From NCBI GenBank assembly GCA_049587175.1, contig JBAVDL010000074.1, positions 34,118 to 98,117 on the forward strand: a stretch of DNA of 64,000 nt, given 5' to 3'. Of this stretch, positions 9,764 to 19,237 are shown one piece after another; position 1 is the first letter of the stretch, and every line of letters begins with the position of its first letter. The notes under the pieces were generated by a model. The model searched no databases and was not told the origin of the DNA. It saw nothing but the letters and a program-made list of their open reading frames with translations. A program made the translations under genes and the position numbers. This DNA is from Thermoactinomyces sp. Lineage in GTDB: Bacteria > Bacillota > Bacilli > Thermoactinomycetales > Thermoactinomycetaceae.

Positions 9764-10618
9764 TTGACTTATCAATTAATCAATGGAAAACAGATCGCAA
9801 AAGAAATCCGGATGGAACTGAAACAGGAAGTCGAACAACTGAAAAATAAAGGGTTACAACCGGGACTGGCTGTCATTCTGGTGGGGAACAATCCTGCTTC
9901 AGAAACTTATGTACGAGGAAAAATCCGCGCTTCGGAAGAAGTCGGAATCCACTCCCGATTAATTCGAATGAATGATACAATTGCGGAGGAGGAATTGCTG
10001 GCAAAGGTTCACGAATTAAATGGGGATCCGAATATTCATGGAATATTGGTACAATTGCCTCTTCCAGACCATATTGACCCGGATAAAGTAATCGAAGCCA
10101 TCTCCCCGGCCAAGGATGTAGACGGGTTTACACCGATTAACATGGGGAAACTGGTCATCGGCCAAAGAGGACTTTTGCCCTGTACGCCTTATGGGATCAT
10201 GCAGATGCTGGAACGTACGGGAATCCCGCTTGAGGGCAAACATGCTGTTGTAGTGGGCCGCAGCAACATTGTGGGCAAGCCGATGGCGCTCCTGTTGCAG
10301 CAGGCCAATGCAACCGTAACATGTTGCCACTCCCGGACGGTTGATTTACCGCATTATACAAGACAGGCGGACCTGATTATTGCTGCCGTAGGCAAACTTG
10401 GTCTGATTACGAAAGAGCATGTCAAACCGGGCGCCGTCGTGATCGATGTGGGGATGAACCGGAATGAGGCCGGCAAATTGGCAGGGGATGTCAAGTTTGA
10501 AGAAGTTGCCCCGTTGACATCTGCCATTACTCCTGTACCGGGCGGAGTGGGACCGATGACGATTGCCATGCTTATGAAAAATACAGTATCTGCTGCAAAG
10601 GCCATTTGGAAATGCTAG
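9764..10618 (+). CDS. folD: Bifunctional methylenetetrahydrofolate dehydrogenase/cyclohydrolase
   Basis: LINGKQIAKEIR...GRSNIVGKPMALLL...PGGVGPMTIAML. The TTG at 9764 after ggaagtgag gives a typical 284 aa. The track ORF starts at 9722. Confidence 0.9.
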   Translation: MTYQLINGKQIAKEIRMELKQEVEQLKNKGLQPGLAVILVGNNPASETYVRGKIRASEEVGIHSRLIRMNDTIAEEELLAKVHELNGDPNIHGILVQLPLPDHIDPDKVIEAISPAKDVDGFTPINMGKLVIGQRGLLPCTPYGIMQMLERTGIPLEGKHAVVVGRSNIVGKPMALLLQQANATVTCCHSRTVDLPHYTRQADLIIAAVGKLGLITKEHVKPGAVVIDVGMNRNEAGKLAGDVKFEEVAPLTSAITPVPGGVGPMTIAMLMKNTVSAAKAIWKC

Positions 10619-10637
10619 AAACAGGAAATTGTTTTGG

Positions 10638-10677
10638 AAGAGGCGATCCCGTTTGTTGGGGAAGCCTCTTTTTCTTC
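10638..10677 (+). terminator. Terminator-like hairpin after folD
   Basis: AAGAGGC 10638-10644 pairs with GCCTCTT 10664-10670, with inner CCC/GGG pairing, then a T-rich tract. Confidence 0.5.
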
Positions 10678-10707
10678 TGATATTTTTTGGCAAAGTGAGG
10701 GGAAGTT

Positions 10708-12072
10708 ATGTTCCGTGAGCCGGAACGAGACATTTGGTCCGTATCTGATTTGGTTGAGTACCTGTATACAACGCTTTCCATGGATGAACAACTGCAAAGA
10801 ATCTGGCTGGAAGGTGAAATTACCAATTTCTCAAAACACGGCAAAAGCCGCCATATGTATTTTACAATCAAGGATGAACAGGCAGCAATTGATGCCGTTA
10901 TGTTTGCGGGAAATAACCGGCGTCTTAGATTTCAGCCCAAAAATGGCGATCGTGTGCTGGTACGGGGTTATGTTTCCCTGTATATGAAAGACGGCCATCT
11001 GCAATTTTATGTACAGGACATGCGGTTAAGCGGAATGGGTGAACTTCATATCGCTTTCCAGCGGCTGAAGGAGCAGTTGATGAAAGAAGGGCTGTTTGAC
11101 CAGCCCAAAAAACCGTTGCCCAAATATCCGCGCAAAGTGGGGGTAATTACCTCTGCCAGCGGGGCTGCTGTTCGTGATATTATTGTAACGATGAAACGGC
11201 GTTACCCCATTGCCTCTATTCTTTTATACCCGGTTTCCGTACAGGGGGACCAGGCAGCTCAGGAAATCGCCAGGGCCATTGACCATTTGAATGAGCTGAA
11301 TGATGTAGATGTGATCATCGTTGGCAGAGGCGGCGGGTCTTTGGAGGAATTGTGGGCTTTTAACGAGGAAGTGGTCGCCCGTAGTATTTACCGTTCCCTT
11401 TTGCCTGTTGTTTCAGCTGTTGGACACGAAACGGATTTTACAATCAGTGATCTGGTTGCCGACAAGCGCGCTCCCACCCCGACAGCAGCTGCCGAATTGG
11501 TGGTTCCGCAAATTGAAGAACTGAGGAATCAGGTTGTACAGTTTGCCCAACGCTTGTACCAGTCGCAGGTTACCTTGTTGGATCGCCTGAAAGACCGTTT
11601 GGAAAGCAAAGTAAATCGTCCTGTTTTCAAGGATCCCAAAGCACGTTTGTATCAATATTTTCAACGGCTCGATTATATGGAGACCCGCCTGGAACATGCT
11701 ATGCACAAATTGCTCGAAAGCAGGGACAGAAGGCTGGGAGAAGCCAAATTGCAATTAAAGTCTTGCCATCCGTCACAAAAATTGTCTAAACTGAATGAGC
11801 GGCTGCAGTTTTTGGTCAGGGATTGTTGTGTCCATATGATCCAGCAGTTGAAAACACAAAAGCAATTGTACCAACATCAAGTGGCAAAACTGGATGCACT
11901 GAGCCCCTTGAAAGTAATGAAAAGAGGCTACTCACTGGTATACCGTTTTGATAATAATCAGTTGGTCAAGTCAACCCGGCAAATAAAGGCGGGAGATCTG
12001 ATCCGGGTGCGCCTGGCAGACGGACAGTTAAAATGTCAGGTCTGGAAATCGGAGGGGGAAAACGATGAGTGA
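10708..12072 (+). CDS. xseA: Exodeoxyribonuclease VII large subunit
   Basis: 454 aa with an OB-fold N-terminus (WLEGEITNFSKH..GHLYF-like) and GRGGGS motif. Followed by an overlapping xseB. Confidence 0.9.
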   Translation: MFREPERDIWSVSDLVEYLYTTLSMDEQLQRIWLEGEITNFSKHGKSRHMYFTIKDEQAAIDAVMFAGNNRRLRFQPKNGDRVLVRGYVSLYMKDGHLQFYVQDMRLSGMGELHIAFQRLKEQLMKEGLFDQPKKPLPKYPRKVGVITSASGAAVRDIIVTMKRRYPIASILLYPVSVQGDQAAQEIARAIDHLNELNDVDVIIVGRGGGSLEELWAFNEEVVARSIYRSLLPVVSAVGHETDFTISDLVADKRAPTPTAAAELVVPQIEELRNQVVQFAQRLYQSQVTLLDRLKDRLESKVNRPVFKDPKARLYQYFQRLDYMETRLEHAMHKLLESRDRRLGEAKLQLKSCHPSQKLSKLNERLQFLVRDCCVHMIQQLKTQKQLYQHQVAKLDALSPLKVMKRGYSLVYRFDNNQLVKSTRQIKAGDLIRVRLADGQLKCQVWKSEGENDE

Positions 12073-12325
12073 AGCAAAGGATTTGTCCGCTCTGGAGTCG
12101 ATGCCGTTTGAGAAAGCGATCAAGCGTCTTGAAGAGGTTGTGCAAAAACTGGAGAAAGGGGACACACCTCTGGAACAGGCGATCCAGTTGTTTGATGAAG
12201 GGATGAAATTGGCTCATGTTTGCGGAAAGAAACTGGAATGGGCTGAACATCAGGTGGAAATGCTTGTCAAGGAAAATGGGAAATGGCTGAAAAAGCCGTT
12301 TGACATAGAGGAGGATTCGGAATAA
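12065..12325 (+). CDS. xseB: Exodeoxyribonuclease VII small subunit
   Basis: 86 aa. FEKAIKRLEEVVQKLEKGDTPLEQAIQLFDEGMKL is the XseB signature. Confidence 0.9.
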   Translation: MSEAKDLSALESMPFEKAIKRLEEVVQKLEKGDTPLEQAIQLFDEGMKLAHVCGKKLEWAEHQVEMLVKENGKWLKKPFDIEEDSE

Positions 12326-13222
12326 GTGCTATCGATTACATCATATATAAAGGAACAAGCAGAACGGGTTCACCAGGCACTGGATGAATACATGGAAAAG
12401 ATGGACAGCCTGCCTTCCGTTTTACGCGATTCGATGCGCTATTCTTTGCTGGCCGGGGGGAAAAGATTGCGGCCGGTATTGGTGCTTGCAACGGTTGAGT
12501 CTCTTGGAGGAAACCCCGCGAAAGCGTTGCCGTTTGCCTGTTCAGTAGAAATGATTCATACTTATTCACTGATCCATGATGATTTGCCAAGCATGGATGA
12601 CGATGACTACCGGAGAGGAAAGCCCACCAATCATAAGGTTTTTGGCGAGGCCCAGGCCATTTTGGCCGGTGACGCCCTGTTAACCGAAGCGTTTGGTTTG
12701 ATGGCTTCAGGCGCAAAAGAAATCTCCTTGCCAGGCGAAATTGCCCTGACCATTATTGAAGAAGGCGCACGGTGTGCAGGGGCCCGTGGTATGGTTGGGG
12801 GGCAGGTGGATGACCTGTTGAGCGAAAACAGGCTGATTGGCATAGATGAACTGGAAAGTATCCATAGACGAAAAACAAGCGATCTGATTGTTTTTTCCGT
12901 TCGCCTTGGAGCTTATTTGTGCCAGGCAAACCGGAATTTGCTGGAGGCCTTGACCCGATTTGCCTGCCAGCTTGGATTGGCCTTTCAGATCCAGGATGAT
13001 ATTCTTGATGTGACCAGTACCAGGGAAGTGATGGGAAAATCGGCCGGAAGCGATTTGAAACGGAACAAGGCGACTTACCCGGCCTTGATCGGTTTGGAAG
13101 CATCACAGAGAAAGTTGAAAGAAATTACAGATAATGCCAAACAGCAGATCATGAACAAGCCTGGTCTGCAATCCCGGAAGCTGCTGGAGATAGCCGATTA
13201 TCTGTTATCCCGCGACCATTAA
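12326..13222 (+). CDS. ispA: Farnesyl diphosphate synthase
   Basis: DDxxD motifs LIHDDLPSMDDDDYRRGKPT and FQIQDDILD. Confidence 0.9.
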   Translation: MLSITSYIKEQAERVHQALDEYMEKMDSLPSVLRDSMRYSLLAGGKRLRPVLVLATVESLGGNPAKALPFACSVEMIHTYSLIHDDLPSMDDDDYRRGKPTNHKVFGEAQAILAGDALLTEAFGLMASGAKEISLPGEIALTIIEEGARCAGARGMVGGQVDDLLSENRLIGIDELESIHRRKTSDLIVFSVRLGAYLCQANRNLLEALTRFACQLGLAFQIQDDILDVTSTREVMGKSAGSDLKRNKATYPALIGLEASQRKLKEITDNAKQQIMNKPGLQSRKLLEIADYLLSRDH

Positions 13223-13274
13223 GGGCAAAACATGCCAAAGAGAACACCATATGCTATAATAAAATATATTTTAC

Positions 13275-13895
13275 AAGAGTGGTGCAGTATTCTAGTCAGT
13301 CGGTCATTTCTGAAGGCGGGGCTAAAAATCCGCTAAAGGGCACATCGATGAAGTTTCTGGTGTTGGCTTGCGGCGCCCAGCTGCGGGCTGATGCTGGGAG
13401 TTAAGGATTAAGGGCGATCCGCAAGGGCATGCGGGCGTAGACCCTTTTTCCGTGGAGGCCCAAGTACGTTGCGGCAAGGACAGCCTTGAAGTGACGGCTT
13501 GGGGGATGAACCTGCATTCCGGGAGTCTCTGGGTGTAGCGTAGCCTGCCTTGAGTGATGGTGCGGGGATGCTTTTCCAAAGCTGAAAGCACTGTTGCAAA
13601 AGAGGCTAGGAAATGAACTTAGACTGTTGAGGAAATCTCCTAGACTGTTTGCAAGGGCAAAGCTGTCCAGGGATTAAAGTGCGGACTAAGTGGCAATCCA
13701 GTCCGGCGGATGGCGACACCGCCGGGAAAGGTTATAAAAGGAAACTGCCTGATTGGCAACGATCAGGATACCTTTCCGGGAAATCCTACTGGACCTTAAG
13801 CCGCAGAGTTTACCTGGACAGTTTCCACTCTTTCCTATGTGTTTTTTGGATGGTTTTACCGGAAAAATACATATAAGTCGTTATAAGAAACGATG
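13275..13895 (+). ncRNA. ole: OLE (ornate, large, extremophilic) RNA candidate; boundaries approximate
   Basis: About 620 nt of ORF-poor, visibly GC-richer sequence between ispA and a membrane-protein gene. Perfect nested helices: 13703-09/13719-25; 13725-32/13770-77 enclosing 13748-53/13762-67; 13376-81/13393-98. The context ispA-[RNA]-membrane protein-dxs-tlyA-nadK-argR-recN is the published OLE context. Confidence 0.7.
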
Positions 13896-13903
13896 AAAAT
13901 TTA

Positions 13904-13927
13904 CCGGTCCTTGAGACCGGCATTTTT
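13904..13927 (+). terminator. Terminator-like hairpin at the 3' side of the OLE candidate
   Basis: CCGGTC 13904-09 pairs with GACCGG 13915-20, followed by CATTTTT. The stem is short, so it could be a partial terminator or a 3'-end stabiliser. Confidence 0.4.
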
Positions 13928-13949
13928 CTGGGATGCCCTATAGCAAGGG

Positions 13950-14588
13950 ATGGATGAATGTATGTTTTCGTTACTCCGAAAATCATTGCGCTGGTCTGTT
14001 GGTATCGGGTTGATCACAGCCCTGATTGCCATGGTACTATCATTATCGTCAACAACCTTGATGAAAGATTTCTCCTGGCAGGGTGGAATGATTGTACTTT
14101 TTATCATTATTGGAATCGGGATCTTTTTTGATATGCTGGGGATTGCGGCGGCTGCAGCCAAAGAGCAGCCTTTTCATGCCATGGCCGCCAAAAAAATTCC
14201 CGGTTCGAAAGAGGCAATCGGGATTGTACGCCGGGCAGACCAGTTTTCCAACTTTTGTAATGATGTAGTAGGGGATATAAGCGGCGTAATAAGCGGAGCA
14301 GCTGCCCTGGTGGTGATTGCTTCCATTATGCGTTCTGCTCCTTCATGGCAGGAGATTGCATGGCTGGAGGATGGTTTGAATGTACTCCTGGTTTCTGTAA
14401 TTTCTGCCATAACCGTAGGAGGAAAAGCATTGGGAAAAAGTTTGTCCATTCATTTTGCTAATCAGATTGTTTTTCAGGTTGGTAGAATATTTTTCTTTAT
14501 TAATAAGAAATTTCATTTATCCATATTTCATGTAAATAAGAAAAGAAAGCGAAAGCGGGGCGGTTTTCGTGGACCTCGAGCAAATTAA
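13950..14588 (+). CDS. oapA: OLE-associated membrane protein A candidate
   Basis: 212 aa with about 4 TM helices and a basic tail (KKRKRKRGG). Lies immediately downstream of the RNA and overlaps the dxs GTG start by 20 nt. The position matches oapA. Start could also be 13962. Confidence 0.7.
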   Translation: MDECMFSLLRKSLRWSVGIGLITALIAMVLSLSSTTLMKDFSWQGGMIVLFIIIGIGIFFDMLGIAAAAAKEQPFHAMAAKKIPGSKEAIGIVRRADQFSNFCNDVVGDISGVISGAAALVVIASIMRSAPSWQEIAWLEDGLNVLLVSVISAITVGGKALGKSLSIHFANQIVFQVGRIFFFINKKFHLSIFHVNKKRKRKRGGFRGPRAN

Positions 14589-16464
14589 TTCACCGGCTGA
14601 TTTAAAGAGGTTGCCAGTAGAAGAACTTCCAAAACTGGCATCTGAAATTCGCCAGTTTCTCATTGAAAGTCTCTCAAAAACAGGAGGGCATCTGGCTTCC
14701 AACCTGGGAGTTGTTGAACTGACGATTGCCCTTCACTATTTGTTTGACAGTCCAAGAGACAAGATTTTGTGGGATGTGGGCCATCAGGCTTATGTGCATA
14801 AAATTTTGACAGGACGCCGGCACCTGTTTCCAACCTTGCGTCAATACAAGGGACTTTGCGGTTTTCCGAAAATGAGGGAGTCTGTGCATGATTGCTGGGA
14901 AACCGGGCATAGCAGTACTTCATTATCCGGAGCAATGGGAATGGTGGCGGCCCGCGATCTGAAAGGGGAAAATTTCAGGGTAATTCCTGTTATCGGAGAT
15001 GGGGCCCTAACCGGCGGAATGGCTCTGGAAGCCCTGAATCATATTGGAGAATCGCAAAGCAATATGATTGTGATATTAAATGATAATGAGATGTCGATCA
15101 GCCCCAATGTGGGCGCGCTTCATAATCATCTGGCTCGACTTCGCACGAACAAGAGCTACAACAAAATGAAAGAGGAAGTTCAATATCTTCTGAAAAAAAT
15201 CCCTACGGTTGGCGTACCGTTTGCCAAAACACTGGAAAGAATAAAAGACAGTCTCAAATATCTGGTTGTTTCCGGTGTCTTTTTTGAGACATTGGGATTT
15301 ACCTATCTAGGTCCCGTTGATGGCCACAACCTTCCTGATTTGATGGAAAGCTTGCGGCTGGCAGGAAAAACCCGGGGCCCTGTTCTGGTGCATGTCGTAA
15401 CCAGAAAAGGATATGGTTACAAGCCCGCGGAGAATGACTCTGTTATCTATCATGGGGTCGGGACATACAAGATTGAATCGGGGGCTTTCAAGAAAAAAGG
15501 AGGACCGCCTTCCTATCCGGCAGTCTTTGGCAAAACCATGGTCAGACTGGCTGAACAGGATGAGCGGATTGTAGCAATTACTCCGGCAATGTTAACCGGA
15601 TCAAAACTGGAACAGTTTAACGAGAAATTTCCTGACCGCTGTTTTGATGTAGGAATTGCTGAGCAACATGCTGTTACCTTTGCTGCCGGAATGGCCACCC
15701 AGGGGTATAAACCGGTGCTCTCGATTTACTCCACCTTTTTGCAGCGCGGCTATGATCAGCTGGTTCATGATGTTTCCAAGCAAAATCTGAATGTCGTGTT
15801 TGCTGTCGACCGTGCCGGATTTGTAGGTGAGGACGGCGAAACCCACCAGGGAATTTATGACATCAGTTTTATGCGGAGTCAGCCCAATATGGTTATCATG
15901 ATGCCGAAAGATGAGAATGAACTTCAGCATATGTTGTATACTGCTGTCCAATATAATGATGGACCGGTTGCAGTCCGCTATTCCAAAAGTGCCGGTATTG
16001 GCGTATCCATGGATGAAAATTTCAAGCTCTTGCCAATCGGCAAGTCTGAGACTGTCAAGGAAGGAAGAGACGCGGCCATTGTTGCATTTGGGAATATGGT
16101 GCCAATCGCACTTGAAGCTGCAGCCTCCCTGCAACGGAACGGACTGGATGTGCGTGTGATCAATGCCCGGTTTGCCAAGCCGTTGGATACGGAGATGCTT
16201 GATCAACTGGCGTTGGAGAAAATTCCTGTAGTCACGGTAGAGGAAGCTGCAATGGCCGGCGGTTTTGGCAGTGCCGTGCTGGAATATTACCAGGAAAAAG
16301 AAGTATTTGATCTTCCCGTCAAAATCATGGGGATTCCGGATATGTATGTGGAACATGGAACAATTGAGGAACAGAGGAGAGAAACAGGGTTAACTGTCGA
16401 AAACATTGCCGATACTGTAAACAGGCTCATTATGCAAAGAAAGCCGGAAAACATGAGGGCTTGA
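14569..16464 (+). CDS. dxs: 1-deoxy-D-xylulose-5-phosphate synthase
   Basis: 631 aa. Typical N-terminus ..[10 protein letters not shown].., TPP motif [15 protein letters not shown]. Confidence 0.95.
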   Translation: MDLEQINSPADLKRLPVEELPKLASEIRQFLIESLSKTGGHLASNLGVVELTIALHYLFDSPRDKILWDVGHQAYVHKILTGRRHLFPTLRQYKGLCGFPKMRESVHDCWETGHSSTSLSGAMGMVAARDLKGENFRVIPVIGDGALTGGMALEALNHIGESQSNMIVILNDNEMSISPNVGALHNHLARLRTNKSYNKMKEEVQYLLKKIPTVGVPFAKTLERIKDSLKYLVVSGVFFETLGFTYLGPVDGHNLPDLMESLRLAGKTRGPVLVHVVTRKGYGYKPAENDSVIYHGVGTYKIESGAFKKKGGPPSYPAVFGKTMVRLAEQDERIVAITPAMLTGSKLEQFNEKFPDRCFDVGIAEQHAVTFAAGMATQGYKPVLSIYSTFLQRGYDQLVHDVSKQNLNVVFAVDRAGFVGEDGETHQGIYDISFMRSQPNMVIMMPKDENELQHMLYTAVQYNDGPVAVRYSKSAGIGVSMDENFKLLPIGKSETVKEGRDAAIVAFGNMVPIALEAAASLQRNGLDVRVINARFAKPLDTEMLDQLALEKIPVVTVEEAAMAGGFGSAVLEYYQEKEVFDLPVKIMGIPDMYVEHGTIEEQRRETGLTVENIADTVNRLIMQRKPENMRA

Positions 16465-16465
16465 T

Positions 16466-17281
16466 ATGGAAAAGGAACGCATTGATTCACTGTTGGTCAG
16501 AAAAGGTTTTTTTTCCAGCCGGGAGCAGGCCAAACGTTCCATTATGGCCGGGCTTGTTTATACGAATAATGAACGGATTGACAAGGCCGGAACAAAGGTT
16601 CCCGTTGATGTTTCCATCGAAGTAAAAGGGCAGCTTCATCCATATGTAAGCCGCGGGGGATTGAAACTGGAAGAAGCAATCCGTTCCTTCGGGCTTCGGT
16701 TGGAAAACAGGGTGGTGCTGGATATTGGTGCTTCAACCGGCGGGTTTACGGATTGTGCCTTGCAAAACGGAGCCAGAATGGTTTATGCGGTTGATGTGGG
16801 TTATGGCCAGTTGGCCTGGAAATTGCGGCAGGATCCGCGGGTTTTTGTCATGGAGCGAACCAATTTCCGGTATTTGAATCCGGAGGACCTGACCGGAGAA
16901 ATCCCTGACTTTGCTGTGGCCGATGTTTCCTTTATTTCCCTGAAGCATATTCTTCCCAATATAAAGCGCTTGCTTCAAACAGGCGGGGAAGCGGTTGTCC
17001 TGGTAAAACCCCAGTTTGAAGCGGGCAGGGAAGAGGTAGGGAAAAAGGGGATTGTAAAAGACCCCAAGGTACATCGGCAGGTGCTTTTAAATACGGTTTC
17101 TCTGGCTGATTCACTCGGGTACAGTATAAAAGGGCTGATTCCGTCCCCGATCCAGGGCGGGGAAGGAAATATCGAGTTTTTATGCTATCTGAAGCTTTCA
17201 TCGGAAGAGAAACAGGATATCTCCATGTGGGAATCCCGGATCGGGGAAGTAGTCAGAGAAGCGCATCAACGTTTTCACTAA
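16466..17281 (+). CDS. tlyA: TlyA-family rRNA 2'-O-methyltransferase (YqxC-like)
   Basis: S4-like N-terminus RIDSLLVRKGFFSSREQAKRSI and SAM motif LDIGASTGGFTD. Confidence 0.85.
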   Translation: MEKERIDSLLVRKGFFSSREQAKRSIMAGLVYTNNERIDKAGTKVPVDVSIEVKGQLHPYVSRGGLKLEEAIRSFGLRLENRVVLDIGASTGGFTDCALQNGARMVYAVDVGYGQLAWKLRQDPRVFVMERTNFRYLNPEDLTGEIPDFAVADVSFISLKHILPNIKRLLQTGGEAVVLVKPQFEAGREEVGKKGIVKDPKVHRQVLLNTVSLADSLGYSIKGLIPSPIQGGEGNIEFLCYLKLSSEEKQDISMWESRIGEVVREAHQRFH

Positions 17282-17349
17282 TTTGTTTTTAATTGGGAGA
17301 AGGGTAAACCCGCATGACTTCGAATTAGTAGTTAAAGGAGGGGGAGACA

Positions 17350-17865
17350 GTGACCCGGCCGGGTGATACCCTTGTGCTTTTTCTGCTAATCGGAGTCATC
17401 TTTTATTTTGTTTTAAGGAAATTACCGTTGCCATACCGAAAAAAAGAAGATGAGAACAGCGAGATCAGAGGAGAAATTCCAAGTTTGTTGCGCAGCCACG
17501 GATATGAGGTAGTGGGCGCCAAGGAAAGAATTCCGTTTGAAATTGATTTTGCCGGACGAACCTATGAGAGCCGGCTTTTTATTGATTATATCGCTCGTCG
17601 GGACGATGAATGGTATATTGTGATTGTATCCAGGCAACGCAAGCCGGTTCGTGAATCCGGAGCAGGCTTGAGGGAGTATTTTCTTCCCTATTACCTGCTC
17701 TACCGCCCTGCTGCCATTTTATATGTGGATCGTGATCAGGGACTGATCAAGGAAATTGAATTTGACATTCCCGATGTTTCACTTGGAAAGAAACAAAACT
17801 GGACTTGGCTGATTTTTCTGGCGGTTGGATTGATCCTGCTGGTTGCTTTGATTTTAACATCATGA
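17350..17865 (+). CDS. Hypothetical protein with N- and C-terminal TM anchors
   Basis: Strong SD aaaggaggggg precedes GTG 17350. TM helices at both ends. The central domain (GYEVVG...FIDYIARRDDEWYIVIV) vaguely resembles a restriction-endonuclease-like fold but lacks a clear (D/E)xK. Confidence 0.55.
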   Translation: MTRPGDTLVLFLLIGVIFYFVLRKLPLPYRKKEDENSEIRGEIPSLLRSHGYEVVGAKERIPFEIDFAGRTYESRLFIDYIARRDDEWYIVIVSRQRKPVRESGAGLREYFLPYYLLYRPAAILYVDRDQGLIKEIEFDIPDVSLGKKQNWTWLIFLAVGLILLVALILTS

Positions 17866-17883
17866 GCGCTTTGTTTATATGGG

Positions 17884-18807
17884 GTGGAATTGTTGAAAAC
17901 AATCGGGATTAAGGTAAACAGATACAAACCGAAAGCCTTTCAAGTGGCTGAAGAAATGAGACAAGAGTTGGAAAAAAGAGGTGTTGCTGCTTTTTTTGAG
18001 CCAGATATTGCAACCGAGATGGGCTGCCCTGAATTGGGACTTCCATTTCATGAGTTTGCCGAACATGTTGAAGTGGTGTTTGTTTTGGGCGGTGATGGAA
18101 CATTGCTCGGCGCGGCACGGGAAGTTGCAAAATACCGCCTGCCGATTCTCGGATTTAACCTGGGGCATCTCGGTTTTTTGTCGGAAGCAGAGACAGTTGA
18201 TATTGCCAGAACCATTGACCGTGTGCTGGCTGGTGACTTTTTTATTGAACGCCGCCTGATGCTTGAGGCCGAAGTTATTAGAAACGGCCAGGCTATTGCA
18301 TCCGGAGTTGCCCTGAACGATGTCGGGATTGCCAAAGGGTCATTTGGCCGAATGATTACTTGCATCACTTACATGGATGGAGTTTATCTCGATACCTATT
18401 CGGGCGACGGGATTATCGTCTCAACACCGACCGGTTCTACCGCTTATTCGCTGGCTTGCGGGGGACCGATTGTTTATCCGGGGATCCAAACGCTTCTGCT
18501 CACGCCCATTTGTTCGCATACGTTAACGTCCCGCCCCATGGTTCTTCCGTCTGAATCGGTTATAGAAATAAAGGTAACAGCGGTTCATAAGGAAATGGGA
18601 ATAACAATTGACGGCCAGATCGGTTATGATTTAAAAGAGGGAGATCTGGTAAAAGTAAAGAGGTCAAAAGATGATGCCTTACTTATAAAATGGCGGGATC
18701 GTTCATTTTTCGAAGTGGTTCGCCAAAAACTGCAAGGCGAATGCAGTGTTGATGTTAGCAGGGTAGGTGGAATGGATGAAGGCACAACGACATATAAAAA
18801 TTCGTGA
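17884..18807 (+). CDS. nadK: NAD kinase
   Basis: GGDGTLL motif and a conserved NAD-kinase C-terminal half. Start is ambiguous (GTG 17884, TTG 17890 or 17893). The 3' end overlaps argR. Confidence 0.9.
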   Translation: MELLKTIGIKVNRYKPKAFQVAEEMRQELEKRGVAAFFEPDIATEMGCPELGLPFHEFAEHVEVVFVLGGDGTLLGAAREVAKYRLPILGFNLGHLGFLSEAETVDIARTIDRVLAGDFFIERRLMLEAEVIRNGQAIASGVALNDVGIAKGSFGRMITCITYMDGVYLDTYSGDGIIVSTPTGSTAYSLACGGPIVYPGIQTLLLTPICSHTLTSRPMVLPSESVIEIKVTAVHKEMGITIDGQIGYDLKEGDLVKVKRSKDDALLIKWRDRSFFEVVRQKLQGECSVDVSRVGGMDEGTTTYKNS

Positions 18808-19225
18808 GATAATTACAAACAAGGAAATTGAAACACAGGATGAACTGGTGGAGGAACTGAAAAAAGCCGGTTTTAATGTCACGCAGGCAACAGTATCCAG
18901 AGACATTAAGGAATTGCATCTGATCAAGGTGCCTACAGAAAGCGGAATCTATAAATATTCACTGCCAACGGAGGAAAAACGGTTCAATCCTGAAAAAAAA
19001 CTGAAACGGACTCTTCAGGAGTCATTTGTAAGCATAGACCAAAGCGAAAATTTTATCTTGTTGAAAACGTTGCCGGGGAATGCGCAGGCAGTAGCGGCGA
19101 TATTGGATCATCTTGACTGGGAAGAGATGATGGGGACAATCGCCGGAGATGACACCATTCTGATTATTGCACGCCATAAAGACCGGGCCCCCGAATTGAT
19201 GCAGCGCTTCCTGGATTTGCTGTAG
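18776..19225 (+). CDS. argR: Arginine repressor
   Basis: [47 protein letters not shown]. The ATG at 18776 after ggtaggtgg gives 149 aa. Confidence 0.9.
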   Translation: MKAQRHIKIREIITNKEIETQDELVEELKKAGFNVTQATVSRDIKELHLIKVPTESGIYKYSLPTEEKRFNPEKKLKRTLQESFVSIDQSENFILLKTLPGNAQAVAAILDHLDWEEMMGTIAGDDTILIIARHKDRAPELMQRFLDLL

Positions 19226-19237
19226 GAGGCGATTTCA

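Noticed and set aside
13322-13876. Three ORFs of 63-89 aa inside the ispA-oapA spacer
   Set aside because: They have no SD and their translations are Arg/Pro/Gly-rich, as expected from GC-rich structured RNA. The region is better explained as OLE RNA.
15601-16356. 251-aa minus-strand ORF inside dxs
   Set aside because: It is antisense to a well-supported dxs frame. No SD and an odd composition.
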